Below are positions 11,314 to 22,995 of a stretch of 45,961 nt of DNA, piece by piece (position 1 is the first letter of the stretch; each line of letters starts with the position of its first letter). The notes beneath the pieces are model-generated. The model did not search any database. It was not told where the DNA came from and saw nothing but the letters and a program-made list of their open reading frames with translations. The DNA lies in assembly GCF_001194135.2 (NCBI RefSeq), contig NC_068989.1:6828492-6874452 (forward strand). Reading direction: 5' to 3'. Made by a program: the position numbers and the translations under genes. The DNA comes from Octopus bimaculoides (taxonomy: Eukaryota).

Positions 11314-11555
11314 AAAGCGGCGAGCTGGCAGAATCGCTAGCACGCCGGACGAAATGATTAGCTTTATTTCGTCTGCCTTTACATTCTGAGTTAGGCTTAC
11401 AAAGAATAAGTTGTGGGATCGATTTTGCTCAATTTCTGGGGTGTTTCTGGGGTGTTTTCGCTCAACAAACACTCACAGCGCCCGGTTTGGGAATCGGAAC
11501 CCCCGATCCTATGACATCGAGTCCGCTACCCTAACCACCGGGACATTGCGTCTCC
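11314..11555. mobile_element. Composite of three SINE fragments: family A head (+, 11314-11392), family B tail piece (+, 11393-11432), family C head (-, ~11450-11555)
   Basis: GCGGCGAGCTGGCAGAATCGCTAGCACGCCGG...TTCTGAGTT joined directly to AGGCTTACAAAGAATAAG...GATCGATTTTGCTC, then GTGTTTTCGCTCAACAAACAC...GGGAATCGGAACC...CCTAACCAC...CATTGCGTCTCC. Confidence 0.8.
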
Positions 11556-12889
11556 ACATGTATGCATGTACTTATCAACTAATGCAAGCCCTCATTAATG
11601 TGCTCCTGGACTGCTGAGAATGATGCAACTCGCTTTGGATATTAAGTATTTGCGTCTAAGTTAAAATTTCCATGATAGCGTGCAAACTTATAAACTCTTA
11701 GAAATAATAACTAGGAAACTTGCTAACTGCGTTGGAAATAGCTAGTGTTCTACACAGTATATTCGTTTACTAATTATCTTTGTACATCAGTGTTTGGTAT
11801 TTCCCTGCAGTGTCTATTCTGATATGGAGAGAATAAAATCGAAATGTTTTCTCTTGTCTTCCGTTACACAAACCCACATACCAAACCTAAATTTAGCAGC
11901 ACCAGCTATAGAAACCTTTGCCATTTAACATTGACGTCACGTCTTTTGGTTTAAATTAATTATTTTTTTATTTGATATTCAAATACAAATACGGATATTA
12001 ATGCACCGGTAAGGATATGGAAGTTTGATTTCAATAGAAAAAGTTTCACGAAAATGTTAGCTTCCATATGCGCATGCAGACTTATAAAATACATTCATAG
12101 CGTTTAGTGTACCTCACGCAATTTTTATTATAAAAATTTAGAATCTGGTTCTAATTCCAGATTGCTTCTCGTGACCTTTGTGTAAAACTGTTACATTTTA
12201 AAATTCATAACAATACGGTCTTAACCAATTTTTTTCTTTAAATGCTATTCCACTGAACTATGAAATTATACTATAAATTTACCATGAATGGTAAGAATGA
12301 ATATTCGTTTTCTTGTGTGCTATCATAGTTGGTTCCTTTTTAGTTCCAATTTAACTTTATCGAGAGAATACATTATCAAAGGTATTTCAACAATGGCCAT
12401 CTCGTTTATTCTCATGTATATGTTACCCTGGTGTACATTGTCTTGCGCGTCCTTTTAGAACACCATGGAGCTTAGTTTCAGTGATATTTGCCTGCTATTT
12501 CTAGTAGGTAATGCAACCATGTAAAGGATTCATCGCTGGTTCGTTTCTCCCCTCCATAGTTTGTTTGTGCTTCTTGTATTGGTAAAATCACATTCCCCAA
12601 CCTTATTCAGCACAATACTAACACTAATCTCCCTTTCGTAATTGTTACTACAATGGGATTCCAAGCGAAAAGAGATATCTTTGTGGTCGCTTTACCAGCC
12701 AGGAACAGCAGCCACATCTCTCTCCAGTCATGACGTACCATCTTAAAAGAAACGCTCCTTGCATTCTCTCTGCCGCCGTTTGCAATCGGACGAGGAAGAA
12801 TTTGCTAGAATTTGCAGTGAAATTCTCTTTAAACTATACAAGAATATGCTAAGAAAGAAGGACAAATTCGTTAGTGTAGCCATAAATAC

Positions 12890-12977
<88 letters not shown>

Positions 12978-13105
12978 GGATAGATAGATAGATAGACATA
13001 TGGAGGGATAGATGATAGATTGGTAGATGGATTGGATTGATGGATGGATTGGATTGATGGATGGATTGGATTGATGGATGGATAAATAAATAGATACAGA
13101 TAGAT

Positions 13106-13178
<73 letters not shown>
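12890..13178. repeat. Compound (GATA)n / (GATG,GATT)n / (GA)n microsatellite
   Basis: Direct reading; this tract generates the spurious ORF 12743..13285. Confidence 0.95.
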
Positions 13179-13179
<1 letters not shown>

Positions 13180-13762
13180 GGGAGTCAGTGAGTAAGTGAG
13201 CGTGTGTCTGTGTGAGCGAGTGAGAAAGAGAGAGAGCGAGAGAGTTGATTAAAAAACATAAATTTCGTATCCTATCACTCATCAATACAGATCGGATAAA
13301 AGAAACGGCAGAGCGTCACTGACTTTGCAACAGCAAAATCAGCGATGGTAACTACAGCAATGATGAAGATTATTCAGTAGGTGAATGGAGCATTTCCTAA
13401 TATATTTTACCATTGACCAAAAATATATTAGATGTGGCTCTTCTTATAGATATTAACTGAATTGTATTGTAGAAAAATCAACTAAGTCTGGTTGTACACG
13501 CAAGCAATTACTCTGACGTATGTATGAATGTATTACTCTACGTATGTATCTATATATGTAAAACTGTATGTATGGGTGCATATGCATATCTACATGTATG
13601 CATTTGCGGTAGCCTGTATGTACATATGAATGTCTGTTTGTATAGGTGCTATTTTACATTTATTTTTCAATGTTATCTCCTCCGAAGGAAGACACGATTT
13701 CTAAACCAGAAACAAAGTTCTTTCATTGGAAAATTTATCAATCAATCAGCCAATCTATGAAT

Positions 13763-13795
13763 GTATGTATGTATGTATGTATGTATGTATGTATG

Positions 13796-13835
<40 letters not shown>

Positions 13836-14175
13836 CGTCTGTCTGTCTGTCTCTTTCTCTCTGTGTATTTCTCGCTCTTTCTCTCTCATTCGGTCTGTCC
13901 TTACATATATAAACATGTGTATAAATAGATATAAGTGTGTGTGTATATTTATGTATATATATATGTACCTATATGTATATACATATGTACATATACGTAT
14001 GTGTATATTCATAAATATAGATAGATATGTACATATATATATGTATATGTATATGTACATATACGTATATGTATATATATACATATATGTGTACATATAT
14101 ATATGTATATGTATATATATACATATATATATGCACGTATACATATGTATGTATATATGTACATATATGTATATG

Positions 14176-14210
<35 letters not shown>

Positions 14211-14566
14211 NNNNNNNNNNNNNNNNNNNNNNNNNNNNNNNNNNNNNNNNNNNNNNNNNNNNNNNNNNNNNNNNNNNNNNNNNNNNNNNNNNNNNNNNNN
14301 NNNNNNNNNNNNNNNNNNNNNNNNNNNNNNNNNNNNNNNNNNNNNNNNNNNNNNNNNNNNNNNNNNNNNNNNNNNNNNNNNNNNNNNNNNNNNNNNNNNN
14401 NNNNNNNNNNNNNNNNNNNNNNNNNNNNNNNNNNNNNNNNNNNNNNNNNNNNNNNNNNNNNNNNNNNNNNNNNNNNNNNNNNNNNNNNNNNNNNNNNNNN
14501 NNNNNNNNNNNNNNNNNNNNNNNNNNNNNNNNNNNNNNNNNNNNNTATATACATATATAGTTAGAC

Positions 14567-14651
<85 letters not shown>
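13763..14651. repeat. Compound (TATG)n/(TATC)n/(TA)n/(GATA)n low-complexity block spanning gap 14211-14545
   Basis: Direct reading of the sequence. Confidence 0.9.
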
Positions 14652-14919
14652 CACACATGTACGTATGTATGTGTTTATATGAGTTCAGGCTTGGATAATT
14701 TTCCATGCCTCAATTTGTATTTATATTACATATTTCCTCGTATTTATATGTTTGTATGTGTACAGGAAAGCAAACGCACTGTTGAGAAGGTAAATTTCGA
14801 AAATGATTTCCTCATTTCTATACATGCGCATACACACTACTTTGCGCTCGCCCTCACGCACACACAAACACACACACACACGCACACGTACACACACTCA
14901 CACACACGCACGCATACAC

Positions 14920-14960
<41 letters not shown>

Positions 14961-15104
14961 AATGTATATACTACTTATATATATATGTGCATATTTACGA
15001 ATTTTTTCTCCTTCCATGTATGCGCGCTCATGTACACACAGATACGCACACACGCACACGCACACGCACACGCACACACACATACACAAGCACTCACATA
15101 CACA

Positions 15105-15153
<49 letters not shown>

Positions 15154-15746
15154 GCATACAGACGTTTCCTAAGCATGACATTAAAATTAAACTGCGCCCG
15201 GTTGTGAGACTCCCGTTCGAGGTTCTAAAGGTGTGTAAAGCGTTGAGTCACCTCTTAATTGGCATTACTCTCAGGTACATCGTGACCTGGAATGGTAGCA
15301 GCTCTCATGATCTGGAATGGTAGTCCCATCTATGGGAATTCTCGAGACACTGTCAAACACCCATAGCTTTCCAGGGAATGGAGAAAGCACCCGTTTGTTT
15401 TTACAAAAACCGTGGGTAAGTCAGCCCTTCTGGGAAACAGATAATCTGATTTAAAACTTGCGGTCGAGATAGTGCCAGCCCCCTTGCAATTCTTGTCACT
15501 GGAACTTACTATGGCAACAAAGAGGGTGGCACAGTTGTTGTACAAGATGTTTCCAATTATATACAATGACGTACACATGTCTCACTTCTTTGATTTTCAT
15601 ACTTCAAGGATCATTAAAACCGGTTCCAGTTGAGCAATGGGGCTGATGTAATCTACAAGCCCCCTGCTCCTACAAAATTACTGGTCGTGTGCTTAAAGTA
15701 TAAAGGAATATCTTATGTGTATATTTATTTAAATATCTTATGTAGG

Positions 15747-15787
<41 letters not shown>

Positions 15788-15796
15788 GTATATATA

Positions 15797-15832
<36 letters not shown>

Positions 15833-15838
15833 TATATA

Positions 15839-15991
15839 CCGGAGTAAGCACATAAATGTGCAACAAGGAACAGGGTGGAAAAAAAGTACTCAAATACCAG
15901 AGGTAGAGTAATACGCTTTATTTAAAAGCAGCAGAAATATAACAAAAAACTGATACTCGGAGTTTCACGCTCCCGTTCATCGGACAGTTTT
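15839..15991 (-). mobile_element. Penelope-like element terminal (pseudo-LTR) fragment
   Basis: Minus strand: hammerhead-like motif (15945-15991), AATAAA (plus TTTATT 15917-15922), then end at a (TA)n/(TACA)n tract. The PLE assignment is inferred from this architecture. Confidence 0.5.
15945..15991 (-). ncRNA. Minimal hammerhead-ribozyme-like motif (type I topology, PLE type)
   Basis: Minus strand AAAACTG-T-CCGATGA-ACG GGAG CGT-GAAA-CTC C GAG-TA-T-CAGTTTT: 7-bp helix I, 3-bp helix II with tetraloop, GAAA, self-complementary helix III (ACTC C GAGT), GUA triplet. Deviations are U4>C and a U.U mismatch next to the cleavage site. Confidence 0.6.
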
Positions 15992-16316
15992 CACGATTCC
16001 AGTGCCTGTGTATATGTATTGAAGTAGTTTGAATTTAGAGTCCCACACATAGCGTGAGGTGTTACTTATAGTAATAGCCCTTAATATAATAATTGTATAT
16101 ATATAATTGTATATATATATAATAAAGATGGCTTATTCGCAATTTACAACCGAAAAGCAGAACTATTAGAGCCGGGTAAGAGCCACGGGTGAGCATCAAT
16201 ATTAATTTTAAATCACTGGTGATGTGGTTATGCCTCGGTTACTGTAGGGAGCTTGCCTCACTTGTCAGTCATAAGAGTTGTTTTGACATTTATTTCTAGC
16301 AATGCTTGTGTTTACC

Positions 16317-16367
16317 AGTACTCTAGCATGGCCGCAGTCAAATGACAAAACAAGTAGCAGGTAAAAA
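16317..16367 (+). mobile_element. SINE family B extreme 3' tail
   Basis: CTCTAGCATGGCCGCAGTCAAATGACAAAACAAGTAG matches the family B tail. Confidence 0.75.
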
Positions 16368-17670
16368 ATAATTATATATATATATATATANNNNNNNNNN
16401 NNNNNNNNNNNNNNNNNNNNNNNNNNNNNNNNNNNNNNNNNNNNNNNNNNNNNNNNNNNNNNNNNNNNNNNNNNNNNNNNNNNNNNNNNNNNNNNNNNNN
16501 NNNNNNNNNNNNNNNNNNNNNNNNNNNNNNNNNNNNNNNNNNNNNNNNNNNNNNNNNNNNNNNNNNNNNNNNNNNNNNNNNNNNNNNNNNNNNNNNNNNN
16601 NNNNNNNNNNNNNNNNNNNNNNNNNNNNNNNNNNNNNNNNNNNNNNNNNNNNNNNNNNNNNNNNNNNNNNNNNNNNNNNNNNNNNNNNNNNNNNNNNNNN
16701 NNNNNNNNNNNNNNNNNNNNNNNNNNNNNNNNNNNNNNNNNNNNNNNNNNNNNNNNNNNNNNNNNNNNNNNNNNNNNNNNNNNNNNNNNNNNNNNNNNNN
16801 NNNNNNNNNNNNNNNNNNNNNNNNNNNNNNNNNNNNNNNNNNNNNNNNNNNNNNNNNNNNNNNNNNNNNNNNNNNNNNNNNNNNNNNNNNNNNNNNNNNN
16901 NNNNNNNNNNNNNNNNNNNNNNNNNNNNNNNNNNNNNNNNNNNNNNNNNNNNNNNNNNNNNNNNNNNNNNNNNNNNNNNNNNNNNNNNNNNNNNNNNNNN
17001 NNNNNNNNNNNNNNNNNNNNNNNNNNNNNNNNNNNNNNNNNNNNNNNNNNNNNNNNNNNNNNNNNNNNNNNNNNNNNNNNNNNNNNNNNNNNNNNNNNNN
17101 NNNNNNNNNNNNNNNNNNNNNNNNNNNNNNNNNNNNNNNNNNNNNNNNNNNNNNNNNNNNTATATATATATATATATATATATATATTGCGAGATATCAA
17201 CGTATTCGTGTTTCTATGAGCGTAAGTCTATGCGTATATACATGGCAGTATCTTTGTAGTGCATGGCTGTATATATTAACGTTTGCTTCAATAGGTGTCG
17301 GCATTCGTTGCTCGGAAATCTTATTCAAATATATTCTAATAACCTGAATGAATGTTGTGAAGTATCTTGTAGTAGGTTCAACAGAAGATAACTATTTTTG
17401 TGTCTAATTCAAAAGAAACACATCTTTATGTTCGTATATTGCAATAGTTTTAAGATTGTCCAGTCAGTTGAATATTTGTAAATTGATGCCCCTCGAGATA
17501 GCACTAATTTTACTTTCAAATACTATCGTATTCTAATGTACAATACCTACCTACACACACACAAAAGCACACATACATAAACACACGCGCAACATACATA
17601 TATATAATTATATATATATATACATTCACTTATACATCGAAAGATGAGAGATTGATAAATATTGATGCAA

Positions 17671-17751
<81 letters not shown>

Positions 17752-17951
17752 GCGAGAGCGAGAGAGAGAGAGATATATGTATAAACATTTCTATGTATTC
17801 ATATATACTTACTTACATTTCTCTATCTCTCTTTCTCCCCCTCTCTCTCTATATATATAAGCACACACATGTGCATACACACACACACATACACATATAT
17901 AAATAATCCCCTAGTTATCTAATATCGTGGTCTTATTCTTTTGTTGTTACA

Positions 17952-17995
17952 TATTATTATTATTATTATGAAATCATTATTATTATTATTATTAC

Positions 17996-18037
<42 letters not shown>
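17952..18037. repeat. (ATT)n microsatellite
   Basis: Direct reading of the sequence. Confidence 0.95.
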
Positions 18038-18041
<4 letters not shown>

Positions 18042-18234
18042 TTGGAACATTATATTATGGGTTTAAACAAATACTTCTTGGTTTTGCTCTTTTGCGACAA
18101 ATTTGACTCAGTCTTTCATCGCAAAAGGATGAATAAGATATAAGATCCGGTGAGAACCATTTTAAATCGTTTTCCATTTGGGTCATTCTTGAGCATTGCG
18201 CTTATGATATATAAGATCCCATTCTCTCAGAAGT

Positions 18235-18490
18235 TGAACATGGCGCTTCTTGTATGAGTAGCAGCGAAGGGTGTCATTCAAGACCGGCTTCACAGTGGCG
18301 GGTCCAATAACCCCCGTGTCTGGCCAAAGCTCGGATTCCCTTGCTCAGATCTTCTATCGTCAAGTCTCGCAGTAGCTGCACACAAATAGAACACCTGTTG
18401 TGTCTTTCTGCTGGTCACATCTTCGTAGTCCTCGTTGCAGCTGTCCATGTCGCGTCCTTACAGCCTTTGCAATGTCCAACTTTCTGAGAA
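18235..18490 (-). pseudogene. Tc1/mariner transposase N-terminal relic, homologous to 32780-33290
   Basis: Minus strand GACGCGACATGGACAGCTGCAACGAGGACTACGAAGATGTGACCAGCAG...GATAGAAGATCTGAGCAAGGGAATCCGAGCTTTGGCCAGA...CCTTCGCTGCTACTCATACAAGA aligns with + strand 32873-33089. Peptide IEDLSKGIRALAR resembles the helix-turn-helix segment (EDPSKS.RALAR). Confidence 0.7.
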
Positions 18491-18674
18491 ACACCAGGAC
18501 TTACAAGTCTATATAACATACAGAAAATTGCACTACTGGGCACAGCACACATCCTACGCAAAACACTTTCAATACAGTAATCATAAGAGCATCACAGCAA
18601 ACCACAGCACATAGCCAGGGCACACAGAGGTGCGCTCGGTAGTGAAGTGAAAGCACGCTATAAAAATAAAACTA

Positions 18675-18677
<3 letters not shown>
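18491..18677 (+). mobile_element. R4/Dong-like non-LTR retrotransposon, 5'-truncated 3' end (last 29 codons plus 3' UTR)
   Basis: 18491-18580 translates to TPGLTSLYNIQKIALLGTAHILRKTLSIQ*, matching the R4/Dong C-terminal motif (IQK..LLGTA.ILR..L). A ~97-nt UTR follows and runs directly into (AAT)~25. Confidence 0.75.

Positions 18678-18753
<76 letters not shown>
18678..18753. repeat. (AAT)n microsatellite, tail or target of the R4/Dong-like element
   Basis: Direct reading, about 25 units. Confidence 0.97.
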
Positions 18754-19336
18754 GAACAAAAACTGCTCGAAATGGATTTGTATTTAATATATGGTCAAAG
18801 AGACAACAATTTTGAAATATAAACAAAATTTGGTGTGATAGGTTCAGTAGGAAACTGCGTGTACGTATGGTGGAGAAATTTAATATACATATTTGTATGA
18901 AATATTGTATGGTTTACAAACTTATGAAAAGGACAGTATTTGTAGATATTGGATTTTAAAATAAATAGCCATAAAAAAAACTTTATAACCGGAATTCGGA
19001 GTGAGAATTTTTATATCATTATTTATTGATAAATTTAAACTACTCCATATGAAGAAAAACAAAGCAATTGAAATTTATACAAAATACATTGAAAGACGCT
19101 AAAAGCTATCAGTATTCTAATAAACAATGTAATTCTTTTTCTCTCATTATTTGTACGAAACTCTTATGATTCATAATATGCGATATTTGTGTTTAACGTA
19201 CTAAAAATACTAAATGAACTTATTTTTTGTTGGTATAATAAATAATGTTCTCAGCGTGCTACTAAGTTACTATAAGTTATAAATAAAATTAGATTATATT
19301 TGACTTATATTTTGCTTTCATTATTTTTTAAATTCA

Positions 19337-19397
19337 AAATGGCTGCGAGCTGGCAGAATTGTTAGCACTCTGGTCAGATTTCTTAGCGGATTTCTTT
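19337..19397 (+). mobile_element. SINE family A head only, degenerate
   Basis: GGCTGCGAGCTGGCAGAATTGTTAGCAC...TTCTTAGCGGATTTC. Confidence 0.65.
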
Positions 19398-19624
19398 CAC
19401 TTTCACTTTCATTCTTGAGAGGTATTGGTATCTAGAAGACCCAAAGCGTGTCGGGTAACGCTAAGTTAGTGCTTTGGATAGACCGTGGTTAAACTCTTAG
19501 TTCGATAATGATACGAGTGAGGAGTCTAACATAGGTCTTGCATTAGCATGCATATATATATTGGACAGAATGAGGTAACAAAGCCAAGGCTGTGAGAAGT
19601 TTTCATGACATTTATAATGAAATA

Positions 19625-19672
19625 GTCTTGCAGCTGTTTCGGGGATATTATGGATATCCCTTCATCAGAGAC
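19625..19672 (-). ncRNA. Degenerate minimal hammerhead-ribozyme motif (PLE type)
   Basis: Minus strand GTCT-CTGATGA-A GGGATAT CCATA ATATCCC C-GAAA-C AGCT G-CA-AGAC: helix I GTCT/AGAC, intact CUGAUGA and GAAA, 7-bp helix II, palindromic CAGCTG helix III. The triplet is GCA (U16.1>C) and 10.1/11.1 is an A.C mismatch. Confidence 0.65.
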
Positions 19673-19769
19673 GGTGTGAGAAAATATTTCAGTTCAAATT
19701 ATTGGGGAAAAGGAGGAGAGAAGGAATATAGAGAGAAATAAGAGGATGAGAGTAGAAATATATCCTTAT

Positions 19770-19903
19770 ATCCACTCACATGGCTTTGGTCGACCCAAGG
19801 CTATAGTAGAAAACAGTCGCCCAAGGTGCCATGCACTGGGACTGAATCCGGAACCATGTGGTTGGAAAGCAAACTTCTTACCACACAGCCACGCCAGCCA
19901 CGC
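19770..19903 (-). mobile_element. SINE family B 5' half
   Basis: TCCACTCACATGGCTTTGGTCGACCCAAGGCTATAGTAGAA...GCCCAAGGTGCCATGCACTGGGACTGAATCCGGAACCATGTGGTTGG...CTTACCACACAGCCACGCC. Confidence 0.9.
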
Positions 19904-20362
19904 TTGTATAATGCAAAAAATATCTTCTCCAGGGTTGTTAAAATTATTGAAATATGTGTGTTATTATTTGTTATTACTAACAGCAATATATAGCATTTAA
20001 GAACAATACGTATTATTAAGTTAAACAAAAATTTAGCAGGCAGTGTAATACAGAAAAATTCTGTTTACTTACACCTTATATCTCCAGGAAATCTATTTAT
20101 TTATAGATGTGTGAAACTTAGAACGAAAAAAATTTAGGCTAATAGTTTAGAAAATCAGGTAATAAATTGTGATATGAGGAAATTATGGAAAACAATATAA
20201 AAAGTGTAACTATATCTTCAACAGTTAACTTTGAATGTAGAATTTAGTGTTCAGATAAATGTGAGCTTTCATTTATTAAGATGTATTAAGATGTATAAAA
20301 AAACAAGATAAATTACAAATAAAAATATGAAAATATTCAGAAAATGCGGTAAGAGCAAAAAT

Positions 20363-20393
<31 letters not shown>

Positions 20394-21353
20394 AACACAC
20401 ACTCACACATATGTATTTATATGCATATATACTTATATATGTGTGTGTGTGAGTATATATATATATATATATATNNNNNNNNNNNNNNNNNNNNNNNNNN
20501 NNNNNNNNNNNNNNNNNNNNNNNNNNNNNNNNNNNNNNNNNNNNNNTATGTATATAAGTATATGTGTATATGTATGTGCATTTGTATGCATATATATATA
20601 TATATATATATATAAACGTCTGTTTAAGGCACGTGGCAAGAATCAACATATTTGATGGAATTATATTTTGGTTTCGTGCAAAGTGTTAATATAGTTGGTT
20701 ATGTATATATAAGGAGGTGAGGACATAAAGTGTATCTCTTAAAGGAATTTTAGTCTCTACAAGGCTGTACGAAATCAATAATGTGCATGCGTGTAAACTA
20801 CAATTTCTTATTGTGAAGAAACAGATAAAAATTTATAGAATGGACGTATGGATGTATAGAGTCAAATATACTATACATAATACAGAATATCAGTTTAAAA
20901 CAAAGAAATTGCATGAATATGAACACAATAGAATAATTGTAGCAAATGAAACATTATAAGATGTTATAAATTGGATTAAAACGAAGCAGAAAGCGGTTAG
21001 AAATTAGTATAAGATATACGCAAATTTTTTCTTCTCTGTTTGATATATAATGACAAAGTATAAAGGAAGCCATTGAATAATCTGGAATATTTCTTAGATA
21101 GGAAGCGAAAAGATCAGTGGTTGAATACTAGTTTAGAAAAATTTACTGTGACTTAAGTTCGTGAAGCATCATCTAGAGAGAAAATTTACAAGGGATTTAT
21201 AGATACTACGCTTTAAAATCAAATTGATATACATAGAATAGCAGGAGTGTAAATTGTATTTAAACTGTTGAATTCGGAAAAGGACTTTATTAAACCATGT
21301 CTCTGAGTTTATTGGTTTCTGGGTACAGCTTCTCTGAATATATTGATTTAAAA

Positions 21354-21502
21354 TTTTAGCACATAACCAGCAGTTTCAAAGGTGGGTATAAGTCTATTGC
21401 ATCGACCCCATCGTTCAACTGGTACTTATATTATCAACCCTGAAAAGATGAAATTCGGTGGAATTTGAACTCAGGGCGTACAAACGGGGGAAATGCCGCT
21501 AA
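21354..21502 (-). mobile_element. SINE family A fragment, diverged
   Basis: ATCGACCCC...CTGGTACTTATATTATCAACCCTGAAAAGATGAAA...GGAATTTGAACTCAG...GAAATGCCGCTAA. Confidence 0.75.
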
Positions 21503-22995
21503 TCTACTTTTAAAGATATAGTAGATTCCCTTACGGAAACAGTTTTCTCTATAATAATACTAAAATAATACTTGGAGGTTTCTTAAAACTGAAATTTTAC
21601 TTTTTGTTCTTCAGAGTTCTCATATTTTGAGTTATCACTGTCAAGTTTTCAATTAAGAACGTTAATGGTTTTCACATTTTTATTTTTTGCTAAATTATGA
21701 AAGGTTATACAGAATCTTTCTGTGACCTGGTTTGAAATTACGTGATAATAGCAAACCGATATCTTGATATGAAGCGACAAAGACGGAAATATCGCTGTGG
21801 TACATTGAAATATTACAACGCAACACTATCAATGACTTCAGCTGAATCTTCATATCGGTGCTGAAGTCGAATACAGTAACTAGTAAAGAATATATATATA
21901 TATATATATATATATAAGAATCTGTAACAAATACTCGTGTTAGAGTTTTTAATAAATGTAATATATTTAACTTGAATAAATTTGTATCTAAAGATAGGCT
22001 CAGTGATGGTAATTGTTCAAACCAGAGTAGAAGAAACGATAAGACATTTTTTTATTCGAGATAGTATTAAACTATATTTTTACTAAGTTTGAATTATTGC
22101 AAAGTGATTTGTTTAATTTAGACTTAATCATATGAATGACAAAATTTAGAAGTGGCTTATAAGCATTAAAAGTAAAGTATGATGCTTCTCTCATCGACTA
22201 CTGCTAGTATTTTGGTCATGTCGCAGTATTTATATTCTTTGATATATTTTTTAGAAACATTAGCGACGAAATTTGATAGAAATCTGCGATAGGTTTGTTT
22301 ATATTTTTACGTATTTCTTATCAGAACTGACAAATATTTTGCTGCTTGTTGTAACTATCTAATCTTGTTATAAAATTCTTTGTTAATTTTTTTTTTTCTG
22401 AAAAGTATTGGTGTTCGTTCGGTCTTTAATACCTTTATTCGTGTGGAATATATCATTTAAATGTTGTAGTATTGGTAACGTTTTAAGAAAAAAATCTCTA
22501 CGTGCCTTTGTTGTCTCCCCAGGCAACTTCTTCTTTGACATCAAAATAAATTGTCTACCAATTCCCTTTGATAAGAATTTAGTAAACTTTCTGAAATAAG
22601 TGTTAAATTTTATATGACGACTTAAAGATGAATTTGATGGAAAATAGTATTTGATTTCAATGTATATTTAGAGCAAGTTTACGTTCAAAAATAATTCGAC
22701 TGTAAAAGGAAGCTTGCGTATCAAAACAAAAAATATACTTTTATTTACATATAAAAGCGAAGACACTTACAGAAACAAAGAACTCAATACTTGACGTTTA
22801 TTTGAAGATGTGTTTTAAAAAAGGTGACATTCGGGGTTTTGCTTGGTGAGGTTTTCATACTATGCAAAGACTTCCATTAGGTATAAGTCGTATATAAATA
22901 TATGAGAGGATTCAGTAATATCAATCGTTGTAATGAGTGGAAAAGATTTATCAATAAAAGGCAGTGAAAAACAAAACAGATGGAAATAGCGGTTA

